64,000 bases of DNA from positions 504,882-568,881 of the forward strand of contig MU004192.1 in NCBI GenBank assembly GCA_010093605.1, read 5' to 3'. The translations under genes and the position numbers were made by a program. This DNA comes from Lophium mytilinum (taxonomy: Eukaryota). The notes under the pieces were generated by a model. That model was not told where the DNA came from. It saw nothing but the letters and a program-made list of their open reading frames with translations, and did not search any database. Positions 24,883-36,800 of the stretch are shown here, one piece after another (within the stretch, counting starts at the first letter, position 1; each line of letters opens with the position of its first letter).

Positions 24883-25944
24883 ATGGCAGACACAACGCGT
24901 TCTCCAATTAGAACCCCAGGCTTCCTGGCATTTACCGTTTGTGCTCTTGGTGAGTGTGCAGTCTAGCTCAGTTCCGAGGGTTGCGGACTGGACTTGGTCG
25001 AAGAAGCTTGAGCTGAATATCTTCTAGGTGCTATCGCGCTCTCTATCACCTTGTTGGTTAGCTGCATGAGCCCATGGACGGACACCGTTAGTATCGCCAA
25101 AGTAAACGTCACAAAAGCCGTCTATGACCTTGGAATTTTCATCACCCCGAACGGCAGCGTCACATCCACGGCGCAGACATTCAGCTCGAGTTCGATCCCG
25201 AGCGAGTGGACCACCGCCTTCGCGCTCGATGTACTCCCCGAGGAATACCTGTTCGGCCTCCGTGGTACGTTAACGAACACTCCCTCTCTTTTGAACCATG
25301 CGCTGAACCCCCCAGGCCTATGCCGACGAAGCAAAAACAGCTCGACTTAATGTAGCAAGAAACTAGGCCTCCCGGCCTACCTACTCTCTGCCATTGAATT
25401 CGATCTTGGGAGCCATTCAAACTTGACCGACGCCTTGGACAACTGGACTGCGCTGATACACACGGCAGGCCCAAAAGCTAACACGGGCTTCGCTCACGCC
25501 AGCGCTTACCTCCTCATCGCTGGCGTCGTCGTCACCTTCGTCCTCCTCATCATCGTGATAGCCGTCTTTGTCCTCAAGCGTGACAAGGTCCACGTCGCTA
25601 TGCAATCTTTCATCCTGCCTGCTGCCATGTACGCCGTAGCGGTTGGGCTGTATTACGTCATGCTTCGACAGTGGACTGGGAGTGGCCATGGGTTCGCTAA
25701 TCCCGTTAGTACTAGCAAAGGAATGATTATCTTTTGGGTGCTCGGCGGCGGAAGCGTTGCAGTGGCGCTGATAGTTATCTTCAGCAGTCGTCCTCGGAGG
25801 GTGAGACAGAACAACGGCTATTACACCGGACGACCTGGATATTCTGGAGGAAGAATGATTTATGTTGGGGGTGGTGGTGGATATTATGCGGGCGGCGGCG
25901 ATAGCGGAGGCTGGGGCGATGGAGGCGGAGATGGGGGCGGATAG
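24883..25944 (+). pseudogene. SUR7/PalI-like 4-TM membrane protein with a Gly/Tyr-rich tail; one in-frame TAA at 25348-25350
   Basis: Exons 24883-24949, 25028-25264 and 25316-25944 give an N-terminal TM ending LLVSC, the loop YLFGLRGLC...(stop)C, and three more TMs. The frame continues through the stop. Confidence 0.6.
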
Positions 25945-26666
25945 AAGGTAATGCAAATTATGTCGCAACGAAAGCATGGGAGTAAGTTCGTAAGGGGAAG
26001 CTTTGTGTCTAGGTACGTTATTACGTTCATGGTCGAATTTCGAGTCATTGTTACACTTGGTTTTGCTATACTATTTCATCACGCCCTAGAAATTTACCGT
26101 CACATGTCCATACAATAGTCCATTGAGCCTTGTTAGGTGTACCATTAATATATGCAAGCGCGTAAGTTGTAGCCCTCATTCCGTCTGTTTCGGTCGTAAT
26201 CCACACCGCCCCGCTGGCTTATTACGGGCATGGCCTTCTCATCCGCAGGATCCAGACTGACGATACTACAGAGTTGTAAGCATGGCTACATGTAGAAGGT
26301 GATGTTTCAGGATCGCCCCAGAATCTGCGCACCCAGGCCTCACCTCGTTACACTGCCTCCATGCCATATACCCTGTACCTAGGTAGGTCCTCAGTGCGCA
26401 GCGGCATTCGGGGAATCCGAAGGGCCCCGATTACAAGGATGCCTTTCATACAGGCACCAGGAATCATGATGTCGTGTCAAGCTGGGCCTTATTCAAAATA
26501 GTACGATACTTTTCTCGTATACTTCCACCTTGTAGCTCTTTACTCTCTTTAAATCACGAATATTTCCGGAGCCCTATCTTCTTTCTAAGTCAGACAAATG
26601 ACACATGCTGTCTTTTCCGATACTTAAATGAGATACATTTCAAAGCAACGCGCAGGCTAGTCAAAT

Positions 26667-28318
26667 ATGGCAGCCTCTGATTTCCCAACCGAACACCGTG
26701 GACGGGAGCAGAGTCTTCTTCATCAACAAGAAACTGAATTCGATGCGCTTGCTCCTTCGGGAGACCCTAGAAGCATGAGCCGCGAAAGCTATCTGGTAGA
26801 TCGTATGGAAACGCGTGCTGCGAACGATCCCAGTCCAGATGTCATCCAAAGGAAGTCTCCAAAGCCAGTCAGAGAACCGATTCGTGGACAGCCTGCCCCA
26901 GATGAAGTAGCAAGTTCGACCCGCTACCAGAACTCCCGACGACAACGTAGCAACATACTCCACAGTGGGCCTGTGTAGAAGTTTCCTAGATATATCGCCG
27001 GCTGTAAGCTTCAATCAACTCAACTAACAATAACTGGTCTATAGTATATGCGTTGCCGAATGGACAGCGAATCGACTACGACCCATATGGCGTTCTTATG
27101 AACGTTTCGACATCGAACCTGACATGGGCTGAAGACCTTCTGACTCCTGAATTTGCTGAGGACGCCAGGTGGGCACTTGCTAATATCACCATCCTGACTC
27201 TTTCCGCCGCTGGATGTGGACAGGTTCCTGTGACAAGTAAATACGCCATCTCATCGAATGAGCTAGCTACAAATTCAACTGCGCGTGCCATGGCCGTGAC
27301 TTGCGCAATTTATCCTTGCATGCGGAGTTACACTCCATCCATCACCAACAACAAGCTTTCGGAGCCGCAAGGAGATTCCAGTAGGATGCTACCAACTTAC
27401 CCCCAGGTTACCCCTGACTATTGGGTTAATTTCCCGCCATTCAGTAATGTTTTGGACAACGCAAATTTTGACTACTTTGGACTCCAGTCTCCATGCCATA
27501 TCAACGATTTGATATATACAACCCAAAATATGTCCTCGGCCCCGAACACCACGACACTGTATTTCTACGACGCGATCCACAACCGGTCGAGCTCTCTAAG
27601 GAACGTTTCTGCCCCCGAACAATGTATCTACCGCCACAGTGCTGGCCTCGGCTCAATACTCGCGTCACAGTTTCAAAGTTCGATATTCCAGGGCCAGTGT
27701 GGGTTTGACCCTTCACCTTTGGGTGAATCCGCTGCCTTGAATTCTCCCAGGCAGTGTCGGAGTATCTCTTCTCGTTGGGCATCAACACAGGGATTGGGGG
27801 TCTGAACAAACGGTTGAGTGCGGTGTGGAACGATGGCAACGCAACGTTTGAGGCAGTTGATGGCTACCTTGATAAATTTGCGGTTGCCATGACGAACCAA
27901 TACCGTACGTGTTTGGTAGTTCGATCGGTAACGAGACTGCTCTTATGAGCAAGCCGTACCTATTACCGAAGGGCGAGGTTCAGAGGCTCGTTTGGCGGGA
28001 GGCGTGTGCACGCATGTGCAATGGGAATGGCTGTTGTTGCCTGCTTTGATATGGCTGATCACTGGTAGGTTGTTGGTCTGGACAGTTGCTGGGAATTGGA
28101 GGCTTCGCTATGTTCAGCCGGTCTGGAAAGATAGTGTCTTAGCTGCGATTCTGTACAGGAGACGCTTCAGAGGCATAGACGGTGCTAGTTTGGACTCTGG
28201 TTATTCGGATGAACTGTCGACACCAGTTGTTCTAGGAGCGGAAAAAAAGGCAAAGAAGCTGCTGGAGACCGAAGAGATCAGAAAAACCGCTAGTAAGGTC
28301 TTGGTGAGGTTTCAATGA
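26667..28318 (+). pseudogene. Degenerate DUF3176-like fungal membrane protein gene
   Basis: Fragments in different frames: AVTCAIYPCMRSY, WNDGNATF..AVAMTNQYR, CTHVQWEWLLLPA..PVWKDSVLA. Frameshifts near 27750 and 27900-27990; the family's usual N-terminal TM block is not visible. Confidence 0.55.
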
Positions 28319-29048
28319 CCCGATCCTGTCCAGTCTACGCAGGAGCGTAGCTGCTTGTGTGCGTTCTGCTTCCCTACGCAATGCGGCTTCCCCTACTGTA
28401 CGTTACCTTACTATCCCCTTTTACTGCCCATATATATACAGCTTCATGATAATGTTCTCCTGACTTTATTTTCCTAGGTGCTTGCCTCATGGCCAGCGAA
28501 TGCAGTGATGATTCTACACCGAGGAGCTGAACAAGGATACACGGTTGGCGAGAGAAGAAAGAGGCAACTGTGAAGTAGCTACTCAAAGCAACCCTAAACT
28601 CAAAGAAGAAAAGAGAAGAAGACGCTTTAGAAAGTTGTGCTCACGTAATGCACGACCGTCCTGCTGTTTCTCTAGCAACCCAGCGACAACGTAAGGGGTA
28701 TATGATGGATTAGAGAGTGTTTGTTAGTTTTTTGTGCTCACTCTGCCATTTTAAGATTAGCAGATCGAGCTAGTGAGTGCACATAGCAGGTTGAGTTCGC
28801 TATAGGGGCCGCGTCCAGTCAAAATGCTCCGCTTAGAATAGATATGCAATCTAGCTTCTTCTTGTAAGCGTCGAACTAAGCTTGAACCCCGCACAAATGG
28901 AAAAATGGCTGATCTGCACCGACTCGTTGTTGCTCACAACTATACGCTAAGATATCTGATACCATTAGAAGATAACTCTTAACGCAGCGTATGAATGGTA
29001 TGATACCTAATTAAGGAAGTAGTACTGACTGCTTGTAGCGAACGAAGA

Positions 29049-29885
29049 ATGTCGGACTTCCTTGGCCTCCCCAGCGAACTCCGCAACAATATCTACAAGC
29101 GACTCTTAGTGCGCGATGAACCAGTTAACCCACGAACGCGGATGAATCTTCATATGCGCCGGCACAATCTGACTCCCGACCTTCTCCTCGTGAACAAGAC
29201 GATCTACCGCGAAGCCAGCTCACTGCTCTACGCACAAAATTGCTTCGATCTCAGAGGCTGCGGCCCTAACTCCCAGGCGGAACACGCAGGGTTATTCTTC
29301 GCGAAAATTGGTTCTACCAATACGCAACACATCAGACACGTATGGATTGACTTTCCGCACTTCCAGAGTCTGGACGCGGACACTATCACTCTCACACACG
29401 CCGCCGACTGCATGCTTGCGAGTATACAGAGCAATTGCATTAACTTGAGGACGCTTACCGCGATCATCCATTACAATATTGCACATTGCATGGACTTTGA
29501 GCTCATCGAGTCTGATCGCCCCAATATCGTTCCTAAAGCATTGGCGCTAGCGGATGCTCGCTTCCGAGGCATTGCATCCCTTCGCGAGGTGTTCGTCAAG
29601 GTGTACAAGAAAGGTCCAAGTCGGCGTTTAGAGAGCGAATTGAAGGGCTTTGGATGGAAAGTCAATGGAAGAGTATGGGAAGAAGATGGCTCAAGCTCCG
29701 AGGAGCCGTCAGATAATGGAGAAGGCGACGAGGACAGCTCAAGCGACGAGGAGGAGGATAGTGGGGAAGACGACGAGGACGGCTTTGAATCAGATGATGA
29801 TGCTGATGATGGCGGCGATGGCGCTGATCTCATCGGCACCGATGGTCTTATCTACGGCCATCCGCTAAACGATTCAACTCTCTGA
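29049..29885 (+). CDS. F-box-like domain protein with an acidic tail, 278 aa
   Basis: FLGLPSELRNNIYKRLL, LLLVNKTIYREASSLLYAQNCF and HIRHVWI; D/E-rich C-terminus. Confidence 0.8.
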   Translation: MSDFLGLPSELRNNIYKRLLVRDEPVNPRTRMNLHMRRHNLTPDLLLVNKTIYREASSLLYAQNCFDLRGCGPNSQAEHAGLFFAKIGSTNTQHIRHVWIDFPHFQSLDADTITLTHAADCMLASIQSNCINLRTLTAIIHYNIAHCMDFELIESDRPNIVPKALALADARFRGIASLREVFVKVYKKGPSRRLESELKGFGWKVNGRVWEEDGSSSEEPSDNGEGDEDSSSDEEEDSGEDDEDGFESDDDADDGGDGADLIGTDGLIYGHPLNDSTL

Positions 29886-30709
29886 ACTTGAAAGATGCAG
29901 ATTACGTTTCGGAAGACAGAGCTGTAAATGATCCTCTTATACTCTACCCTTGCCAGCGTTCCCGATTCTCGTCTTTTTCCCTTTCGTATTACGTGTAGCG
30001 TCTTCTTTCGCAGCCATGTTTTGTGGCTTGTTGAGCGTCTGCTCCACAAAGGGTTGATTATTTGCAATGTCTAGAATACCCAGGCAGAATAATGCAAAAC
30101 AGTTCTCGGGGTCATAAAAAGTGGCAGACCTTACTCCTTTACTTCTAAAGTTTAGGGGCTGTTTAGCGGGCCTTAAAGTGGGTTTATAATTTTCCCTCTT
30201 TTCCTACCATCTTTCTTACCTCTACACCTCTTATAGCCTTCTTAGAAGGGCTATCCGGTATAGACTCGGGGTCAATAACCGACTTAGCTAAGCAATTAAC
30301 GTTCACACGGCTGTAGTCGCGTTGTATCTTCTCCCGGTGGGGGGTCGAGGGGGGTTGATGCCCTCTGCAATTCGAGCCGCTAGAACAGGCGGGACCAGCT
30401 GCAGATTTGGGTGTAGATCCCCTTCCGGCGTGTCGTGCGTGATGAGTACAGTATCTTGGTACAGGCCCGTGTATTTTATGATGTTCACAGAACTCGCTTA
30501 TATAGGCACGTGACGAAGGGGCCTTTCCAAAGGGCCTGCCCCCGATCCTGGCAGCAGCGCTTTGACCATGAATGACGTCCGCAGCAAGAACAGGTGATAT
30601 CCCTGCCAACACGTCTTCTTCCCAGGCACGAGAGCTAAATACATAGCGCCAGCATGCTGAACCTCCTTCATCCCTTTCCTATACCATTGCTCCTCTCACA
30701 CCCCCAGCC

Positions 30710-32382
30710 ATGAAGCCGCGGATACCTCTCCCCGCTGCCCTCTCCATCCCGATATGTCCACGGCGGGCTCATGCCCGCGGGGCCCTCTTCACCAGCGTCT
30801 TCAATGGCGTGAAACCAGCTGAACGAAGGAACTTCAGTTCTGGGATACGATGGAGAATAGAAGGGCGATCGATGGATGATAGTTCCAACTCTACGCCTGC
30901 GGAGCAGCTGAACAACAAGGTAACCGGGGAAGAGCAGCTGGATTACGATAAGAGAGTGGCAGCAGACAAGGGGAAGCAGATACGGACACCATGGATGCGA
31001 GAAGGGTCAGATCAGCCGCCTGTAGCTAGGCAGAGGAGCGCTGGGGCAATGACGAAGGGTACGTGATATCTCTTCACCATTGAGACAACTGTATCTCAGG
31101 TGCCTTCAGAGGCGTCAATTCTTAGAACTACAGCTGATTCGATCTATGTAACAGGGAAACTCCTCACCACCCCCTCGCGCATGCTCAAGCTCATCCTACC
31201 ACTTACGACTATGGACGCCAATTCCGACCGCAAAGATGTCGAACCCCTGGCACTCCTTGTGCACCCTTCACAACCCCTTTCATACCTCGAGCGCCTCATT
31301 CAGTCTGAACTACCGACTATCAAAAAGGGCGACAAAGAGAAGGTACCCAATGTCTACTTCCGTGCCGAAGACTCCAATCAAGAAATGGAGGAGTCGGACA
31401 ACGCAGGTTCTAAGAAGACCCCTGTGCATGAACACGGTGCCGCGCCTACGGAAGAAGATGATGCCGAATTTGAAGCTTCGGACGAGATCAAAATCGACGG
31501 CAAGCTCGAAAAGACTGGAAAATTGAATCAAAAAACGCCTGAAGAAGCAAAAGCCCTACGCGGTGGGAAAGGTCAGGGTGGCGTCGAGTCCTACTCTGGT
31601 CTGGGCCGCGAAGCCCCCACGACTGGAGAGGAAGAGCGCAAATTCGTGCGGTGGTCTAGCTCGACTGAGATCGGGGACTTCATCCGTGATGCTGCGCGGG
31701 GGCAAGAGTTCGCGGTGGAGATTGAGGGCGCGCCAAATGATATTCGGGTTGGTGTGCCGAGTTTCAACGACCGCACGTATTATCTGCGGATGCGTTTGAG
31801 GAATACGAGCGGCAAGATCTCAAAGATGGCGGATGTGAAGAAGGAGTGCGATGCGATTGCTCACCGGGGTGCGCAGAGAGTAGCCATGGGCGGATTTGGG
31901 ATTTTGTGTGGGTGGTGGTATCTTGTGTATCGGTTGACGTTTGAGACAGACTTGGGGTGGGATGTTATGGAACCTGTTACGGTGAGTTGCGCATTATTCT
32001 CTTATGGATCTAGCGGTGCTAATGAGTGTGCTAGTACCTCGTCGGTCTCTCAACTGTCATCGGCGCGTACATCTGGTTCCTCTACCACAATCGGGAAGTC
32101 TCGTACCAATCCGCCATGAAGTTTACCATATCGAAGCGCCAGGGCAAGCTCTACGCCCTCAAGGGTTTCGATCTTCGGAAGTGGGAAACCTTGATCGAAG
32201 ACGGCAATGCGCTGAGGGCGGAGATCAAGAAGGTCGCGAGCGAGTACGATGTTGAGTGGGATGAGCTCGAAGACGAGAAGGACAAGAAAGTCACCGAGGC
32301 GTTGAAGAAAGATCGAGTGAAGAAGGAGAAGAATGGAGGTGGTGATAAAAAGGATAAGAAAGATGACGAGGACGAGGACTAG
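30710..32382 (+). CDS. MCU: Mitochondrial calcium uniporter, exons 30710-31058, 31155-31981, 32035-32382
   Basis: Selectivity filter WDVMEPVT|Y between two TMs, fungal MCU motifs LVHPSQPLSYLERLIQ and VPSFNDRTYYLR, and an Arg-rich presequence. Confidence 0.93.
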
Positions 32383-32638
32383 TAGGGCTTCTTGAGCGTA
32401 TTGCGCGGATACCCAAGGTGTTTCTTTGCACATATGAGCATGGGGTTGAGGGAAGGGACGGTAGTGAGCGTGGCGTACATGCGGCAACAATCGATATCAA
32501 GACCTTTTAATTATACCGAGATAATTATTAACTCTTTAACCAAATGTACACCTGGCCTCCCAATCGACATGATGTGACTACTCTCTGAACCACTAAACGC
32601 AATTATGCCCAGAGAGCATCCCACGCGTCCAAGCTTTT

Positions 32639-33014
32639 TCACTCTTTCCCCATACCTCCGCGGTCTGGCCAATCCTCGCGGGCAGATTTGAGAGTCGATA
32701 ATTCTAAGGACCGCGACAACTTTGTTTCATTTTCACGCGCTTCGACGTCGTCGTTGGACATTTCGGTCTCGGCCGTTGAAGAGAAGGAATTTGTTGCAAA
32801 GATTCTGCGAGGTTCACGCGGACGTTCTTCGTCTCCTGCATTAAACAAAGTGGTTAGCAGCATACTGGGCGCGGGAGGCGGCCTAGAGGAGCCTACCTTC
32901 ACGGGATGCTCCTTGAGCTATCATTCGATGGTTCTGCCAGACGTTTATGAGGCTGGTGGCCAGTGCGAGAAGATTGAAGATCAGGTTGATAATATCGTTT
33001 GGTGATAGTGCCAT
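32639..33014 (-). CDS. Small hypothetical single-TM protein, about 104 aa, exons 33014-32897 and 32835-32639
   Basis: MALSPNDIINLIFNLLALATSLINVWQ followed by a 61-nt GTAGGC..GCTAAC..CAG intron that joins ORF 32639-32902 in frame. Confidence 0.6.
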
Positions 33015-33835
33015 GTTGCGTACTGTGATACACTATTTCAATTATATTTCAGGAGATGTTCACCTCATGGCTAGAAGTCTGCTGCAGTTTTATATTAGCT
33101 TATAGGGACGTTTGCTCAGCTCATCAAGTACCTTTGTATGGAGTCACCGTCGGACCATTTGGTCCCAGAATTGCAGGCGTGTCCCAAATGTTGTTGCTGT
33201 AGGGACATTATGTCCAACGATAAATGAAGGAGCTTGAGATGCCGACTGTGAGTGGCCGTAAACGTAGCAGAACTTTTGCTCTGGGTTCAAAGGTTGTTAA
33301 GCAGCGGATTGTGCATGCGAACAAGGAATTTTGGGGTGGATCTTTTGTACTTCGTAAGCTGAGGATGAGTCCGTCCCCCATTTGCAGTCGCGCAAGAGCA
33401 ACATGAGTTCTGGGAATTTTCCACCGAATATAACAAAAGATCCGCACAGAAGATCCAAACGCCACCGGCTATGTATTGGGGGACGTGAACGACAAAAGGT
33501 CCTGGAGGTAAGGAGCTGACGAGGTCTGTGCGTGCACCGCCACCACGGTCAGTGGGGACCGGGAGGGACCTTTTGTAAATCGCAACCTAACCCTATCCAT
33601 CATCGGAAGCCTTACTCTCAGATCCAAGATGTCTCTCATCGTCAACACCCATCTTCCATTTAACTTAGACAGCTACCTGAATCTGCTTCCTCCATATCTC
33701 ATTATATTCAGCCCTTGCGATTCTTGACTTCTGTCTTTGGATTCTCGCTACGTTCACTTATGAAGCGCTTACGCATTTATCCCACCTACCATCGTTCCTG
33801 GACGCGGCATCGTTCTGCCACAGTATCTTAAAACG

Positions 33836-36800
33836 ATGCCCTTTGAATCACTACAGCAGCCCGAGGAGTGGGACGGGTTACCGAAGGTCCATCTTCCTGA
33901 TTTCTGGGATCCTACCATCGGTGGTGAGGTCGCTCTGCCCTTTTCAGCCTCGCCTCTTCCACCTTTCTTCGATGAAGCAGAGGAGGACTATCTCATTTCA
34001 ACGTTCTTAAATTTGGAATCGGACTCTACCATCTGGCAGCAGAATGATCAGTCACTTGAACCTGGCGATCAGACATCCCCTTCTACGTTCTTACTCTCCA
34101 CAGCTGCCACTGAGAAAGAGCCATCCAATCCCTTGGAAACGTATCTCCAGGAATCAACGGGGTCTACTTCACCACGAGAAATTTTTGTTGAATCTCAAGA
34201 GCCATGTGTTCTAGCCGATCCTCAGACGAACACGGCACCTCATGCATCTGCTTCATGTCCAGGTTCATAGCCTTCTCCTATCCCAATAGACGACAACAGT
34301 CGTCCAACCCTCAAAAGCGACAAGATTGATGCAGAGATCTGGGAGCGGCATTTCCCCACCATCTCTAAATTGCTGGCTGCCAAGAAGAAGCTAGCGCAAA
34401 TGTTGTTACTAATCCCACAAGAATGCAATGGTTTCAGCCCAAGGTAACTACCCAAAGTTGCATATACACGGCTACGTTGCTGATCATCGTAGTCGCAAGC
34501 AACTGAAAACGAAAACAACGCAATGGCAGGAAGAGGGCCGGATTCCTAGGAAAAATATCAGAAAAGCCGATATGGACTTGATGGTCCTCATCTCAAATCA
34601 AGTGGAGCGTCTCCATGACTCACTGGCTGATTTTAGCTACCATGGGTTCCCTGTGCCCCGAGGAAAGATTGCGAGTCACAGGAAACGATTTGGGATCGTT
34701 CCTCGAGAAATCGACCTTCACAGTAAGTCACCGCCATTGGAGGCCCAACATGCGTAATTTCTTGGCACATGGCGATACCTTGAAGTAAAGCCAGCGGATT
34801 CTTCTCTTGAGAATTGTTCGTGAACTTGAAAAATGGCACGTCAAAGCTATGGCAAGTCGTGCTCAAAGCGGCCTCCTCTTCCCGTTGACCGCTGGGGGAA
34901 CGCTAATACTTATAGGTATTCCGTCGTGGATTACGTGGACGAGAACCTCTACCCCTCGACCAGAACACAGTGATCCTGCGAAGCTACTGGGAAGTGGTAA
35001 TCCTGAAGGGGCTGAACTCGCCGAAAGCACTCATTCCCAGCTCAATTCTCAGGTCCGACAGCCCCGTTCAGGATCCAATTCTCCGGAGAACGTGCGCTCG
35101 CAAAGTTTTTCCTCCTCCTCGACCAATTTTCATCTACCTGGTGCTAGTGGCTTCAAGTGTGGTCATTTTGGGTGTACTGCACCACTTTTCCAAACCCAAT
35201 ACCTGCTGCAGTAAGTTAATTACTACTCAGTCATCCATGCCAGTTATGAATTAGCTTCTTCATCATCCCTCGGTTGGTTGGGTGCTGTTCGAGCTTTCCC
35301 CTTCGAGATGCGCTAGAAAATATGTAGGCTGATGACTGCTACTATCTAGCTGCCATACAACCATACATTCAGAGACTTCCGGGTATATCTCCCGTGTCAC
35401 TAACCGTCCACGGGCCAGAGGCGGCAAGGGATCCATACGAAGGAACGAGATGACTCAAAGTGGTAGTCTTGTACCCCTCTCGCCTAGTAGACCAAGGAAC
35501 ACTCACCCGAGTGATGATTATAGCTCGCCATCGATGTTACTGAAATCCGGTATTAGTCCTGTCCCTTCTACGGCTGTAGCAATTCCAACCGCCAGACCGA
35601 TGGAAACCCAGCAGAGCAAGAAAATGATGCCTAATTGGCCAAAGCCTTCCGATGATGGACGACGAAGAAAGACCCCGAGCGATGCTAGCCCATCGGTGCA
35701 ACCGGGCATTCCCCCAATTGCACCCAGGGTTACAGTACCTCAAGGTCCCTCACTGACGCCTGCCCTGTCCGGCATCAGGGTGGAGTCAGATTGGCCTCAC
35801 TCTTTCAACCGTGGACATGGAAACCCGATTCCGAGTGATGACCCCCAACCAATGGTTTTGCAGCCGAAGGCCCGCCCCATTTCCCAGCTTGAGCTCGCTG
35901 GCAAACTAAAAGCAATATATCCAGGACTCGTAATGTTGGAGTCCGAATGTATCAAGATCGAAAGAGACCTGTCCGGATCCCAACCATCTCAGCATTATCA
36001 GGAGTTAAACCCTGAAGACTGGCAACCACTGATAGCGCTTCATTGGAGACTACTTGGTGAACACCATGACTTTTACGAGGCCTCTCAGCACCCTTCGGCA
36101 TCTCCTGCTCTTCGGCGGCTGGCACTGAAATACAGTATGCCCGCGCGGATGTGGAAGCATGGATGTCACTCATTTCTCGAAATCCTTCGGCAGCGACTGC
36201 CGGAGTCCTTGGAGTACACGAAGGCCTTTATCATCATGGCCTATCAAATGTTTGCTCTACTACAAGAAACGGTGCCGGCATTGGCGCAATTTTGGACCGA
36301 AATTCTTGGAGATATCAGTCGGTACCGAATGGCTATTGAAGACCAGAATATTACAGATCGCGAGATTTGGCGCAACAATGCTATAGATTGGTACTCAGCT
36401 GTAGCGGATCGAGAACCAGGGTTGGGAAGGCTTTATCATCATCTAGCCATTCTGGCGCGGCCAAACGCGTTGCGTCAAATTTACTGGTACTCCAGATCCT
36501 TCGTATCTATCCGGCCATTTACTACCGGACGAGAGTCTGCCATGTCGTCGCTCTTTACACCCGTTCTGGAGAATCGCACCACCCCTCTCGACGATCTCAC
36601 GCAGTACTTTGTCAAGATTCATGCGCTTTTTTTCTTTCACAAATTTTCGGATGCTGGTCAACACTTTGTCCAATTTTTCGAACTCCTTGGCTCTCATCCC
36701 TTGAGCAAGGAGCAGAGTATACACCTTGCAATCGCGAACATTTCTTCGTTATTCGATTACGGCAACAGTAATCTTTTGCGTCATCTTTTCGATTTATCAA

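Noticed and set aside
25348..34270. Alternative genetic code or programmed readthrough to explain the in-frame TAA and TAG
   Set aside because: TAA and TAG terminate normal genes in this window (e.g. peroxidase TAA, MCU and GH3 TAG), and only isolated cases occur.
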